Shown: piece by piece, positions 29,265-39,500 of the stretch
Numbering within the stretch: the first letter of the stretch is position 1
Layout: every line of letters begins with the position of its first letter
Assembly: GCA_033763015.1 (NCBI GenBank)
Contig: JANRLA010000128.1
Location: forward strand, 1,562-65,561
Source of the DNA: Bacteroidia bacterium
Lineage (GTDB): Bacteria > Bacteroidota > Bacteroidia > J057 > JANRLA01
Reading direction: 5' to 3'
DNA length: 64,000 nt
Position numbers and translations under genes: made by a program
The notes under the pieces: model-generated
Databases searched by the model: none
What the model saw: only the letters and a program-made list of their open reading frames with translations
What the model was told of the DNA's origin: nothing

Positions 29265-31319
29265 ATGTTTCAACAGCCACACGCGCTGTGGGGGCTACTG
29301 GCGCTGGCCATCCCCATTCTGGTACACCTGTTCAACCTGAGGCCCCCCCGGCTGGTACTCTTCAGCCAGTTGGCCTTTGTACGGGCGGTGAACGTGGTGG
29401 TGGTACGCCGCCTGAAGCTGAAGCGCTACCTGCTGCTGGCCTTGCGGCTGTTGGCCATTCTGGCGGCGGTGCTGGCCTTTGCGGGCCCCAGTTGCAGCCC
29501 ACGGCCCAACGGGCTGGCGGGGCCCACCCAGGTGGTGCTGGTGCTCGACAACTCGCTCTCTATGACCCTGCCAGGGCGCCAGGGCCCCGCCCTCGAGGCG
29601 GCCAAGCAAGCGGCCCGGGGGTGGGTAAAGGCCGCCGGTAGCGGCACCAGCTTCCAGGTCGTGGGGCTGGGCAGCAGTGCGCAGGCCAACGGCTTTTTTG
29701 CCCCCGCCGATGCCCTGGAGCAGATCGATGCTGTGCGGCCCGAGGCCCGGGGCAAAAGCCTGGCTACGCTCGTGGCGCAGGTGCCCCGGTTGTTTGAAGG
29801 GCAGGCATCTGCCAACCGCCAGGTGGTCGTCTTTTCCGACTTTCAGCCCGCCACGGTGCTCGCCGATAGCCTGCGCCAACGGCCCGACAGCAGCGTTGCC
29901 CATTGGCTTGTGCCGCTCGGCAGCGCCTCGGGCAGTGGGGTGTACCTGGGGGCACCCACCCTTACGGCGCCAGCGCTAGACGCCGGCCAGCCCGTCGAAG
30001 TGGCCCTCACGGTAGTCGCGCCAGGCGAGACCCCGGCCGATAACCTGCCGCTACAGCTCTACCTCAACGGCCAGGTCGTGGCCAGCCAACGGGTCAGCGT
30101 ACCGGCCGGTGGCGAAACCCGCGTTACGCTCAGTTACCGGCCCAGCCAGGCAGGCTGGCAGGCGGGGTGGGTTGAGCTGCAGGGCGCAGGTGCGCGGTTC
30201 GACAGCCGCCGGTATTTGGCCTTTGAAGTCCCCGCACGGGCCAAGTTGCTGCTGGTGGCCGCCCAGCCCGGCCAACCTTACCTGCCGGCACTGCTCCAGA
30301 CGCTCGAACGGCGGTTCGAGACCACACCGGTAGCCGCCACACGCCTGCCGACCCTGAGCCTGAACGACTACCAGGTCATTGTGCTATCGGGTGTGCCGCG
30401 CCTGGGCTCGGGCCTGGTGCAGCGATTGGCCGATTGGGTAATAGCAGGCGGTGGGCTGGTGGTCTTCCCCGGCGATGGGTTTCTGCCCGACGAGTACAAC
30501 CCCCTCTACGCCCGCCTGGGAGTAGGGGTATGGCAACCGCGCCAGACCCTAGACCCCTGGGTGCCGGTGGTAGCCCCCGACCTCGAACACCCGCTGTTCG
30601 AGGGTGTGTTTGGGCTGCCGCAAAGCCGTGCTGTGTTCGACGACCCCACCGTTGGCCAGCTACAGCCCCTGCGCCCGGCCACGGGCCGCGTACAGGCGAC
30701 GGTGTTGCGGCTCGAGTCGGGCGAGGCAGTGTTGCACGAGGCACGGGTGGGCCGGGGCGTGGTGTACAGCTTTGGCGTGGCGCCCGAACTGGGCTGGACC
30801 GACCTGCCCATCAAAAGCTCGTTCGCCCCCGTGGTCTACCGCACCCTGCTCTTGGCCTCGGGCAAGCGCGACCCCATCCTGGCCTACGACCTGGAGGGCG
30901 AGCGCCCCGTAGAGCTCACTACCGCACGGCCCGACCTGGTGCGGCTGGTGGCCCCCGACGGCACCGAGCTTATCCCCGACCAAGTGGCCCAGCCCACGGG
31001 TGTAGCCCTGCGGTTGGCCCGTACGCCGGTGGCCCCCGGCACCTACCGCGCCTTCCAGGCCGATAGCTTGCTGGCGGCGCTGGCCTTCAACCCCTCGGCC
31101 CGCGAGTCGGACCCCCGGGTGGCCAATGCCGATGCCCTGACCGACTGGCTTGAGGCCCAGGGCGCTAGTGCGTCCTTTGAGGTGGTGGCCGGCACCCCCG
31201 ACCAGGTGGCCCTATCGGCCAGCACTGCCAGCGCCCCTGCCGGGGCCTGGCGCGTGTGGGTACTCGTGGTACTGCTGTGCCTGGTAGGTGAGGTACTTGT
31301 GGTGCGGCTGCTTAACTAG
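29265..31319 (+). CDS. BatA-like protein: N-terminal double-TM anchor plus vWA domain
   Basis: Start at MFQQPHALWGLLALAIPILVHLF (aerotolerance-type N-terminus). MIDAS-like VLVLDNSLSM. C-terminal TM segment. Confidence 0.7.
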   Translation: MFQQPHALWGLLALAIPILVHLFNLRPPRLVLFSQLAFVRAVNVVVVRRLKLKRYLLLALRLLAILAAVLAFAGPSCSPRPNGLAGPTQVVLVLDNSLSMTLPGRQGPALEAAKQAARGWVKAAGSGTSFQVVGLGSSAQANGFFAPADALEQIDAVRPEARGKSLATLVAQVPRLFEGQASANRQVVVFSDFQPATVLADSLRQRPDSSVAHWLVPLGSASGSGVYLGAPTLTAPALDAGQPVEVALTVVAPGETPADNLPLQLYLNGQVVASQRVSVPAGGETRVTLSYRPSQAGWQAGWVELQGAGARFDSRRYLAFEVPARAKLLLVAAQPGQPYLPALLQTLERRFETTPVAATRLPTLSLNDYQVIVLSGVPRLGSGLVQRLADWVIAGGGLVVFPGDGFLPDEYNPLYARLGVGVWQPRQTLDPWVPVVAPDLEHPLFEGVFGLPQSRAVFDDPTVGQLQPLRPATGRVQATVLRLESGEAVLHEARVGRGVVYSFGVAPELGWTDLPIKSSFAPVVYRTLLLASGKRDPILAYDLEGERPVELTTARPDLVRLVAPDGTELIPDQVAQPTGVALRLARTPVAPGTYRAFQADSLLAALAFNPSARESDPRVANADALTDWLEAQGASASFEVVAGTPDQVALSASTASAPAGAWRVWVLVVLLCLVGEVLVVRLLN

Positions 31320-31335
31320 CATATCCGTTTTGTCT

Positions 31336-32604
31336 ATGGGCCCCCGCCACCTGCTCACCAACGTCTGGGTCGTCGATGCTGCCTCGCCCTGGTACGACCA
31401 GCGGGTAGATGTGCGCTACGACGGCGCTGCCGTGCTTGAGGTTGGGCCTGCGGGTACCCTTTCGCCCGAGGGCCCTACGACAGATGGCAATGGCGAGGGC
31501 CTGACGACAGGGTTTGTAGACCTGGGGGCCGAGTGCCCCGAGCCCGGCAACCCCCACCGGGGCACACTCGCCGAGTTTGCCCTTGAAGCCTACCTGGGCG
31601 GCTTTGCCGATGTGCTGGTAGAGCCCCAGACCTCCCCAGCGCTCGATACGCCCGAGGCGGTTGCATACCTGAAAGCAGCCGCGGCTGCCTACCCGGTGCG
31701 GCTGCACCCCCTGGGGGCGCTCACCGCGCACCTAGGGGGCGAACTATTGGCCGAAGTAGCGCGCCTGCAAGCCGCAGGGGCCCTGGCCCTGGGCGATGGG
31801 CGGCTGCCTACCCTAAAGACCGGCCTCTTGGAGCGGGCCCTGCACTACACCACCCCGCTAGACCTGCCGGTTTTTCAACCCCTGGCGCTGCAGCGCACCT
31901 GGCCAGCGGGGGTTGCCCACGAGAGCCCCACGACCGTGGCGCTGGGCCTACCTACCAGCCCTGCGGGCCAAGAAGCCGACGCCCTGGCCCGGGCTGTGGC
32001 CGCCCTGAACTACGCCGGGGGCCGGTTGCACGTAGGGCCTGTGACCACCGCGGACGCACTCGCAGCGCTCAAAGCGGCCCAACAGGCAGGGTTTGCCCTC
32101 ACGGCCCATACCTCGCCGCTGTACCTGATGCTGACCGACGCCGAACTGGCCTCTTTCGATGCCCGGTACCACCTCTGCCCACCGCTGCGCAGCCAGGCAG
32201 ATGCAGTTGCCCTGGCCCAGGCCTTCGCCGATGGCACGTTTGTGGGCATTGCCACCCACCATACGCCGGTGTGCACCGAGGAGAAGGTGGCCGATTTCAG
32301 CGCGGCGCGGCCCGGCGGGCCGGTGCTGCACGCTGCGTTTGCGGCCCTCAATACGGTGGTGGTGGGCTCGGGGCTGCTCACGCTGCCCGAGCTCGTGCAG
32401 CGGCTTACGGCCCCAGCTAGGCAGCTGCTGGGCTTGCCCACGCCGGTATTCGAGGTAGGCTACACAGGCCCCCTCTTTCGGCTAAGCACCACCGAGGCGT
32501 ATGTGCCCTACCGGCCCAAACCCGTGTACGCCCACGCCGACCCCTTTGGCGAGCTTGCCCTCGTGGGCCGTGTTACCCCCTTACGCCCGTTTACCCAGCC
32601 ATGA
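31336..32604 (+). CDS. Dihydroorotase-like amidohydrolase lacking the HxH metal motif
   Basis: LLTNVWVVDA...GFVDLGAECPEPGNPHRGT aligns to the DHOase G-x-ID-x-HVH-x-R-x-PG segment, but with GAE in place of HVH. Confidence 0.65.
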   Translation: MGPRHLLTNVWVVDAASPWYDQRVDVRYDGAAVLEVGPAGTLSPEGPTTDGNGEGLTTGFVDLGAECPEPGNPHRGTLAEFALEAYLGGFADVLVEPQTSPALDTPEAVAYLKAAAAAYPVRLHPLGALTAHLGGELLAEVARLQAAGALALGDGRLPTLKTGLLERALHYTTPLDLPVFQPLALQRTWPAGVAHESPTTVALGLPTSPAGQEADALARAVAALNYAGGRLHVGPVTTADALAALKAAQQAGFALTAHTSPLYLMLTDAELASFDARYHLCPPLRSQADAVALAQAFADGTFVGIATHHTPVCTEEKVADFSAARPGGPVLHAAFAALNTVVVGSGLLTLPELVQRLTAPARQLLGLPTPVFEVGYTGPLFRLSTTEAYVPYRPKPVYAHADPFGELALVGRVTPLRPFTQP

Positions 32605-34550
32605 GGCGGCGCTACTTCCCGGTTTGGTTGCGGGTCGTGGTGCTGGCCCTGCTGGTGCTGGGGGTAGCCTTGGGGGCCATTACACTTGCCCAGCGCGCGC
32701 GGGTGGCCGAGGCGTACCTCAGGCGCACGGCAGCGTCGGTGGCCGAGCGGCCGGGCTGGTCGCTTACCTACACTGCCCCCCACGGCACGGGTTGGCGCTC
32801 GGTACGGCTGGATACCCTTACCCTGGCGCGCAGCGCGGGCCCCTCGCTCCGCCTGGTGGGCCTGACGCTCACGCCCAACCTGTGGCAGGCGCTGGGCGGC
32901 AACCTAGCCCTGGCGGCAGTGGCGCTCGATAGCCTGCGGGTAGACTACCCCTTCGATGCACCGCCCATAGCCGATACAAGCCGCAAACCGGCTGGCGAGG
33001 AGCCCCGTGCGGTCGATTTTTCGGTCTACCACCGCACAGCCCAGCGGCTGCTCGGGCGCCTGCCCGGGGCCCTCGCGCTGCGCCGGGGCCTGGTCACCTT
33101 TCGGCACGGTAAGGGCATCGATACCCTGCTACTGAACGATCTTACCCCCCAGGCCGAGGGCTGGGCCGGTACCCTGGCCCTGCCCAACGACACCGTAGAG
33201 CTCTACGGCGGCCCCATGGGTGGGGGCTACCAGCTGGGCTGGCGCCGGGGCTCGGTAGCCGCATGGGCGCTACCGGCGCTCGAGGCCTACTGTGGGGTGG
33301 TGGTGGGCGGCAACCGGGGCAGCCTCTCGGCGGTGCTGGGGGGGTCGGGCCGCGTGCAGCTGGCGCTTGCGGGCGAGAACGTTAGCGTAAAACACCCCCG
33401 GCTGGCACGCGGGCTGGTTGGCTTTGCCCACCTGCAGCTTACGGCCGAAGGCACCACCGTCGAAGGCGGTATCGCCATTGACAGCAGCCGCAGCCGCTTT
33501 GCCCTCAATGGCTACACGGGCTATTGGGGTGGGGCCTGGCAGGTGCGCCCCGACACGGCCCTTAGCTTCGTCTGGGCGACCGATACCCTACAGGCTAACG
33601 CGGTGCTCGACAGCCTGCCGACCAACCTGGTGCCCAACCTACAGGGCCTGCGTGTGGCCGGGCGCTTCCGCCAGCGGCTTTACGCCAGCGTGGGCCTGAG
33701 CCACGGCGATACGGCCATCTTCGAGCCCACCCTATGGTGCGACAGCTGCCGCGTGACGCGCTGGGGCAAGGCCAACCCGCTCATCCTCAATGGCACCTTT
33801 ACCCACCGCACCTACCGCGAAAACCGCGCACTGGTGCTGGGCCCCGAAAACCCCACGTACACACCCCTGGGGGGCATTAGTAAGTACGTGCAGCACGCGG
33901 TCGAGATCTCGGAAGACGGCGGCTTTTACGGCCACCGGGGCTTCTACCCCCAGATGATGGCCAAAGCCCTGGCCGAAAACCTGCGCCAGGGCCGCATTGT
34001 GCGCGGGGGCAGCACCATCAGCATGCAGCTGGTGAAAAACGTGTTCCTCACCCCCGACAAAACTTTGAGCCGCAAGCTGGAAGAGGCCGTCTTGGTGTGG
34101 CTCATCGAAAGCCAGCGGCTGGTGCCCAAAGCCCGCATGCTGGAAGTGTACCTGAACCTGATTGAGTGGGGGCCCGGCGTGTACGGCGCTGCCGAGGCCA
34201 GCCAATACTACTTTAACAAGCCCGTGGGCCAGGTCTACTTCCCCGAAGCCATCTTTTTGGCGCTGGTGGTGCCCAGCCCGCGCAACTTCAGGTACCACTT
34301 CTTGCCCAGTGGGCAGCTAAAGCCCTACGTGGCCCAGTACTACGACCTGATCCTGGGGCACCTGGAGCGCCGGGGCCTCTTGCAACCCGGCGAACGGGTG
34401 GGCTGGAACATCGAGACCTTCCGGCTGGCGGGGCCCGCGCTGCGCGAGCTGGGCCAGACGCCGGATACGACCTACGTGCCCGACCCCACGCTCCAGCTAC
34501 TCGACGCCGAGATAGACGACCTGTTCCGCGAGCTCGGTGTCGGCGGCTGA
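32601..34550 (+). CDS. Peptidoglycan glycosyltransferase (GT51) with long N-terminal membrane-anchored domain
   Basis: GT51 motifs ISEDGGFYGHRGF and RGGSTISMQLVKN in the C-terminal third. N-terminal TM helix plus ~400 aa of unassigned domain. Confidence 0.8.
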   Translation: MRRRYFPVWLRVVVLALLVLGVALGAITLAQRARVAEAYLRRTAASVAERPGWSLTYTAPHGTGWRSVRLDTLTLARSAGPSLRLVGLTLTPNLWQALGGNLALAAVALDSLRVDYPFDAPPIADTSRKPAGEEPRAVDFSVYHRTAQRLLGRLPGALALRRGLVTFRHGKGIDTLLLNDLTPQAEGWAGTLALPNDTVELYGGPMGGGYQLGWRRGSVAAWALPALEAYCGVVVGGNRGSLSAVLGGSGRVQLALAGENVSVKHPRLARGLVGFAHLQLTAEGTTVEGGIAIDSSRSRFALNGYTGYWGGAWQVRPDTALSFVWATDTLQANAVLDSLPTNLVPNLQGLRVAGRFRQRLYASVGLSHGDTAIFEPTLWCDSCRVTRWGKANPLILNGTFTHRTYRENRALVLGPENPTYTPLGGISKYVQHAVEISEDGGFYGHRGFYPQMMAKALAENLRQGRIVRGGSTISMQLVKNVFLTPDKTLSRKLEEAVLVWLIESQRLVPKARMLEVYLNLIEWGPGVYGAAEASQYYFNKPVGQVYFPEAIFLALVVPSPRNFRYHFLPSGQLKPYVAQYYDLILGHLERRGLLQPGERVGWNIETFRLAGPALRELGQTPDTTYVPDPTLQLLDAEIDDLFRELGVGG

Positions 34551-35227
34551 TGGATTCGCCCAGCACCCCCCTTGCCGTTGTGCCCACCGCCGACGGTAGC
34601 CCTACGCTGTACCACCCCGGGCTACGCACCCACTACCACAGCCAGGCAGGCGCTGCCGCCGAAAGCCGCCACGTCTTTTTGCAGCACACGGGCCTGGCAG
34701 ACCTGCTGGCCACGCTGCCCGAAGTGCACGTGCTGGAGGTGGGCCTGGGTACGGGCCTCAACGCCCTGCTCACCGCCGAACTGGCCCGCCAGTACCCCAG
34801 CTGCAGGGTGCACTACCACGCCGTAGAGCCCCTGCCGCCCCCGCCCGCCGTGCTCGCCGACTACTACCGCCACCTGGCCGCCCCCGCGGGCTGGGCCGAG
34901 GCCCTGTACCGCCAGCCCAACGCCCCCCAGCTGCTCGCCGGCCTGCGGTTTACCTGGTGGGCGTGCCGCTGGGAAGCGGCCCCAGCGGCCCCGGGCTGGG
35001 CCCACGCCCTGTACTACGACCCCTTCGACCCCGCCGTAGCGCCCGAGCTCTGGACCGAAGCCGCCCTGCTACAGGCCTACCACGCCCTGGCCCCCGGTGG
35101 GCGCCTGGCGACCTACAGCGTGCGCGGCGAAACCCGCCGGCTGCTGCGCCGGCACGGCATTGCCCACAGCCGCCCCCGGGGCTTTGGCCCCAAACGCGAG
35201 ATGCTGGTGGTGGTGCGGGCGGCGTAG
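34550..35227 (+). CDS. MnmC/MnmD-like SAM-dependent tRNA methyltransferase domain protein
   Basis: DGSPTLY...HS..GA..ES.HVF, SAM-binding-like EVGLGTGLN, YYDPFDPAVAPELWT. Confidence 0.65.
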   Translation: MDSPSTPLAVVPTADGSPTLYHPGLRTHYHSQAGAAAESRHVFLQHTGLADLLATLPEVHVLEVGLGTGLNALLTAELARQYPSCRVHYHAVEPLPPPPAVLADYYRHLAAPAGWAEALYRQPNAPQLLAGLRFTWWACRWEAAPAAPGWAHALYYDPFDPAVAPELWTEAALLQAYHALAPGGRLATYSVRGETRRLLRRHGIAHSRPRGFGPKREMLVVVRAA

Positions 35228-35822
35228 CCGCTTGCTGACCGCCCCAAGACGTAGCGGGGTTGCTGGGGCCGTTGCCGTGCGCAGGGGCGCGACGCTGCGC
35301 AGTAGCCCTAGGCGGGCACCCCGGGGCAGCCGGGTGCGCGGTCGGTCCTTCGGCGGGGGCCTCTAGAGGGCTGGCGTCTTGGGCCGCCGGGTGGTCGGGG
35401 GGTGGCGTTTGGCCGGGGTAGAGGGGCACGGGCTCGCCGCGGTAGCGGCCGGTGTGGTACCAGTCGGCAATTAGGCCATCGAAGGCCGGGTCGTGTACGT
35501 AGGTTTTGTCATCGAGGCAGGGCATGGGCGGCGGTGCGGATAGGGTAGGGCGCTAAGGTGCGCGCCTACCCCCGCTGCGGCCTAGCGCGGCCTCCACGCG
35601 TCTTCCACAGGGTGCAGAAGTGGGGGATGTGTAAACACTAATATTCGACTTAGCATCCAATTGAGAAATCTCATTGATTGAAAGTTTGACATTGATAATG
35701 TCGATGCTAGTAGATATTCACAACTAACTAGATGCAGAAAACTTTCAGTGTTCATAAGAAGCTAAAATACCACACACTGCCTGGTCGTTATGTGGGCATT
35801 AACTATTTGAGGGTTATGGCTT

Positions 35823-36530
35823 ATGGCAAAGGACTTAATCAAGACAAATCAGGTACAAGAGCCAAAGATTAGCGCAGCAAAACTCGCTGCATATCTGGAT
35901 GGCGATGCGAGTAAAAGAAATAAGATACTCAGAGAACATAAATTTCCAGATGAGTATAAGAATGCGGTATATACAAAACTATATCCAGTTGTTAGTCGAT
36001 TTATTAAAGGTAATTGCAATATTGAGATATTAGAGAACGAACTATCAAAACTATCTCATATTGTGCCAGTTAGTGAATTCGAAAAGACTAATAATAAAAC
36101 TCTTCAAACTGCAATAGAACATCTAATTGATACAGATTTTTCTCTAATACAGAGATATAGTTCAGTTCCTGTGCCTTATAAAAGAAGAACAATTAAAATA
36201 TCAGGTGTAAGCGTTTCGTATATTCCCGTAGGCATGTTGGAGGGTACTTTCAAGTCAAAAAAATATTTTGGCTTGATCGCACTAAACCCTAGTAAATCTG
36301 GTAGCTTAAAGGGAGATGCTGCAAAACCATTTGCGGTACTTTCAAAATTGTTTGCAGATCAATTCGATTTCGAGGATGGAGAGGTCTCTACTAAAATGTG
36401 TTTTTCAATTGATGTTTATTCTAAGAGTGTTATAGAGTGTCCGAAAAGCCATGTAAGAATCGAGAAAAACATCCGAATTTCCTGTGATGAAATTAAAAAA
36501 ATATGGCCAAATGTTGTTAATATTTCATAG
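35823..36530 (+). CDS. Orphan hypothetical protein encoded on a ~25-30% G+C island
   Basis: The only long ORF in the AT-rich segment. 235 aa, K/I/N/S-rich, no signal peptide or TM segment, and no motif I can assign. Confidence 0.7.
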   Translation: MAKDLIKTNQVQEPKISAAKLAAYLDGDASKRNKILREHKFPDEYKNAVYTKLYPVVSRFIKGNCNIEILENELSKLSHIVPVSEFEKTNNKTLQTAIEHLIDTDFSLIQRYSSVPVPYKRRTIKISGVSVSYIPVGMLEGTFKSKKYFGLIALNPSKSGSLKGDAAKPFAVLSKLFADQFDFEDGEVSTKMCFSIDVYSKSVIECPKSHVRIEKNIRISCDEIKKIWPNVVNIS

Positions 36531-36540
36531 TTTTTGCTGG

Positions 36541-39500
36541 CTATTTAATTAATACTTGATCGTTTTGGTGTAGTTGAATCTCATTTAGCAGGAATAGGGC
36601 GTCTTTGACGCTGGGGCAGGGTTTGGCCTGCAGTTGCAGCAGCTCGCGCACCTGGCGCAGCTTCAGGCGCTCGGGGTGGGCGTTGGCGTAGGCCAAGAGG
36701 CTGCCAAACACCGGGCCGTTGAGGTAGCCCTCGGCGGGCTTTTGCGGGAAGTAGCACTTGAGCGTGGCCTCGGCCAGCACCACCCGCTCAAAGCCCAGGG
36801 TCTGGGCCAGGGCACGGATGCGCAGGGTATCGAGCAGGGCAAAGGTGGGCGCGGGGATGGGCCCAAAGCGGTCTATAAGCTCGCGGGCAAGGGTTTGCAG
36901 GGCGGCCTCGGTGTCGGCTTCGGCGATGCGCTGGTAGAAGCCCAGGCGCTCGGCCACGTTGGGGATGTAGGCGTCGGGGATGCGCACCTCCTGGTCGGTT
37001 TCGACGGTGGCCTCGCGGACGGCGGCCCCGGCGTGGGGCACGTGGTCGGCCAGCTCGGGGAAGTGTTCCTCTTTGAGCTCCTGGATGGCCTCGTTGAGGA
37101 TGCGGTGGTAGAGGTCGTAGCCGACCTCGGAGATAAAGCCGCTCTGCTCGGCGCCCAGGATGTCGCCGGCCCCGCGGATGTCGAGGTCGCGCATGGCAAT
37201 CTGCAGGCCCGAGCCCAGCTCAGAGAACTGCTCGAGGGCCTCCAGGCGCTTGCGGGCGTCGGTGGGCAGGGTGCTCAGGGGCGGGGCAATGAGGTAGCAG
37301 AAGGCCTTGCGGTTGCTGCGGCCCACGCGGCCGCGCAGCTGGTGCAGGTCTGACAGGCCGTAGGTGTGGGCGTTGCTGATGAGGATGGTGTTGGCGTTGG
37401 GGATGTCGAGCCCGCTCTCGACGATGGTGGTGCACACCAGCACATCGGCCTCGTTGGCGATGAACTTGAGCATGACTTCCTCGAGCTGCTCGCCGTCCAT
37501 CTGGCCGTGGCCGACCAGGATGCGAGCGTCGGGCACCAGGCGCTTGATCATGGCCGCGTGCTCGTCGAGGTCTTTGATGCGGTTGTGCACGTAGAAGACC
37601 TGGCCGCGGCGCTGGAGCTCGTAGGCGATGGCGTCGCGCACGAGCTCGCTGTCGAAGCCCGTCACCACGGTGTCTACCGGCTTGCGGTTGGGCGGCGGGG
37701 TGGCAATGATGCTCAGGTCGCGGATGCCCAGCAGCGAGAACTGCAGCGTACGCGGGATGGGCGTGGCCGTGAGGGTGAGGGTATCGACCGAGGCCTTGAA
37801 GAGCCGCAGCTTCTCTTTGGCGGCCACGCCAAACTTGTGCTCCTCGTCTATGACCAAGAGCCCCAGGTTTTTGAAGGCCACGTCGCGCGAAAGCAGGCGG
37901 TGGGTACCGATGACGATGTCTAGCGTACCGGCCTTTAGGCGGTTAAGGACATCGGTCTGCTCCTTCTTGGTTTTCAGGCGGTTAAGGTAGTCTATGCGCA
38001 CCCCGAAGCCTTCCATGCGCTCGGCAAACGAGCGGGCGTGCTGCATGGCCAAGAGGGTGGTGGGCACGAGCACGGCCACCTGGCGGCCCTCGACGACGGC
38101 CTTGAAGGCGGCGCGGATGGCGATCTCGGTTTTGCCGAAGCCCACGTCGCCGCAGACCAGGCGGTCCATGGGGTGGGGGGCTTCGAGGTCGGCTTTGACG
38201 GCCTCGGTGGCTTTTTCCTGGTCGGGGGTGTCTTCGTACAAAAAGCTGGCCTCGAGTTCGGTCTGCAGGTAGGTGTCGGGGCCAAAGGCGGTGCCGGTTT
38301 GGCGTTTGCGCTGGGCGTAGAGGGCCACCAGGTCGAAGGCCAGTTGCTTGACGCGCGACTTGATCTTGGCCTTGGTTTTCTCCCAGCTGCCCGAGCCCAG
38401 CTTCGATAGGCGGGGCACCGAGCCCTCTTTGCCCGCGTACTTGCTGATTTTGTGCAGGGTATTGACCGGTACGAAGATGGCGTCGTCGTCTTGGTAGAGG
38501 ATGCGTACGGCCTCTTGCACGGCCTGCCCGACGGTGATGCGTGTGAGGCCCGCAAAGCGCCCAATGCCGTGGTGCACGTGCGTAACGAAGTCGCCGGGCC
38601 GCAGCTCGAGCAGGTCTTTGAGCGTGAGGGCCTGGTTGCGGCTAAAGCCCTGGCGCGAGCGGAAGCGGTGGTGCCGCTCAAAGATCTGGTGGTCGGTGTA
38701 GAGGGCCAGGTTGAGCTGGCGGTCTACAAACCCGGCCGAGAGCGTGGGGTGCAGGTACTGGGCCTGGGGCAGGCCCTCTTCGGTGGCCAAGATTTCGCGC
38801 AGGCGGCGCTCCTGCTTCTCGCTGTCTATCGTCAGAAACAGGCCGGTGCCCTGGGCCCTGAGGCCGCGCAGGTGCTCGAAGAGCAGGCTAAACTCTTTGC
38901 GGAAGCTGGGCTGGGGCGTGCCCTCCCAGCGCAGCTCGTGGGCGTAGTCGCGGTAGTAGCGGCGGCCCAGCTCGAGGGTCTTGAAGCCCTCGAGGGCTGC
39001 TTTGAGGGCCGGGCCGGGCACAAAGCGCTCGGCGGGGGGGCGCTGGGTGGCGTTGCCACCGGTTTCGGTGTGCAGGGCGGCGTAGAGCTGCTGGGCGCGG
39101 GTAAAGACTTTGTCGAGCTCCTCGAGCGTGAGCCGGAGGTCGTCGAGCACCCAGAGGGTCTGGCTGGCGACGAACTCGGAGAGCGGGATGAGCGCCTCGC
39201 GGTGCAGCCGGGTGGTCACGTTGGGCAGGATGGCAAGCTCGTCCTGGCTGCCGGTACTGAGCTGGCTGATGGGGTCGAAGGGCCGGATGGACTCGACCTC
39301 GTCGCCCAGGAACTCGAGCCGGTGGGGCGTTTCGTGGTTAAAGGCAAATAGGTCTACGATACCGCCGCGCTGGGCGTACTGGCCGGGCTGGTACACGGTG
39401 TCTACGGCCTCGAAGCCGTAGTCGTCGAGCACCTCAACCACGAACTCGATGCCCGGGGCCTCGCCGCGCTGCACCACGAGGGTGCTTTTCTGGAGCGTCT

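Noticed and set aside
35667-36585. 9-bp direct repeat AATCTCATT near both island borders as target-site duplication or att sites
   Set aside because: It is kept only as a note inside the island finding. Nine bp in AT-rich DNA can match by chance, and AT-rich sequence extends beyond both copies, so they do not cleanly delimit the island.
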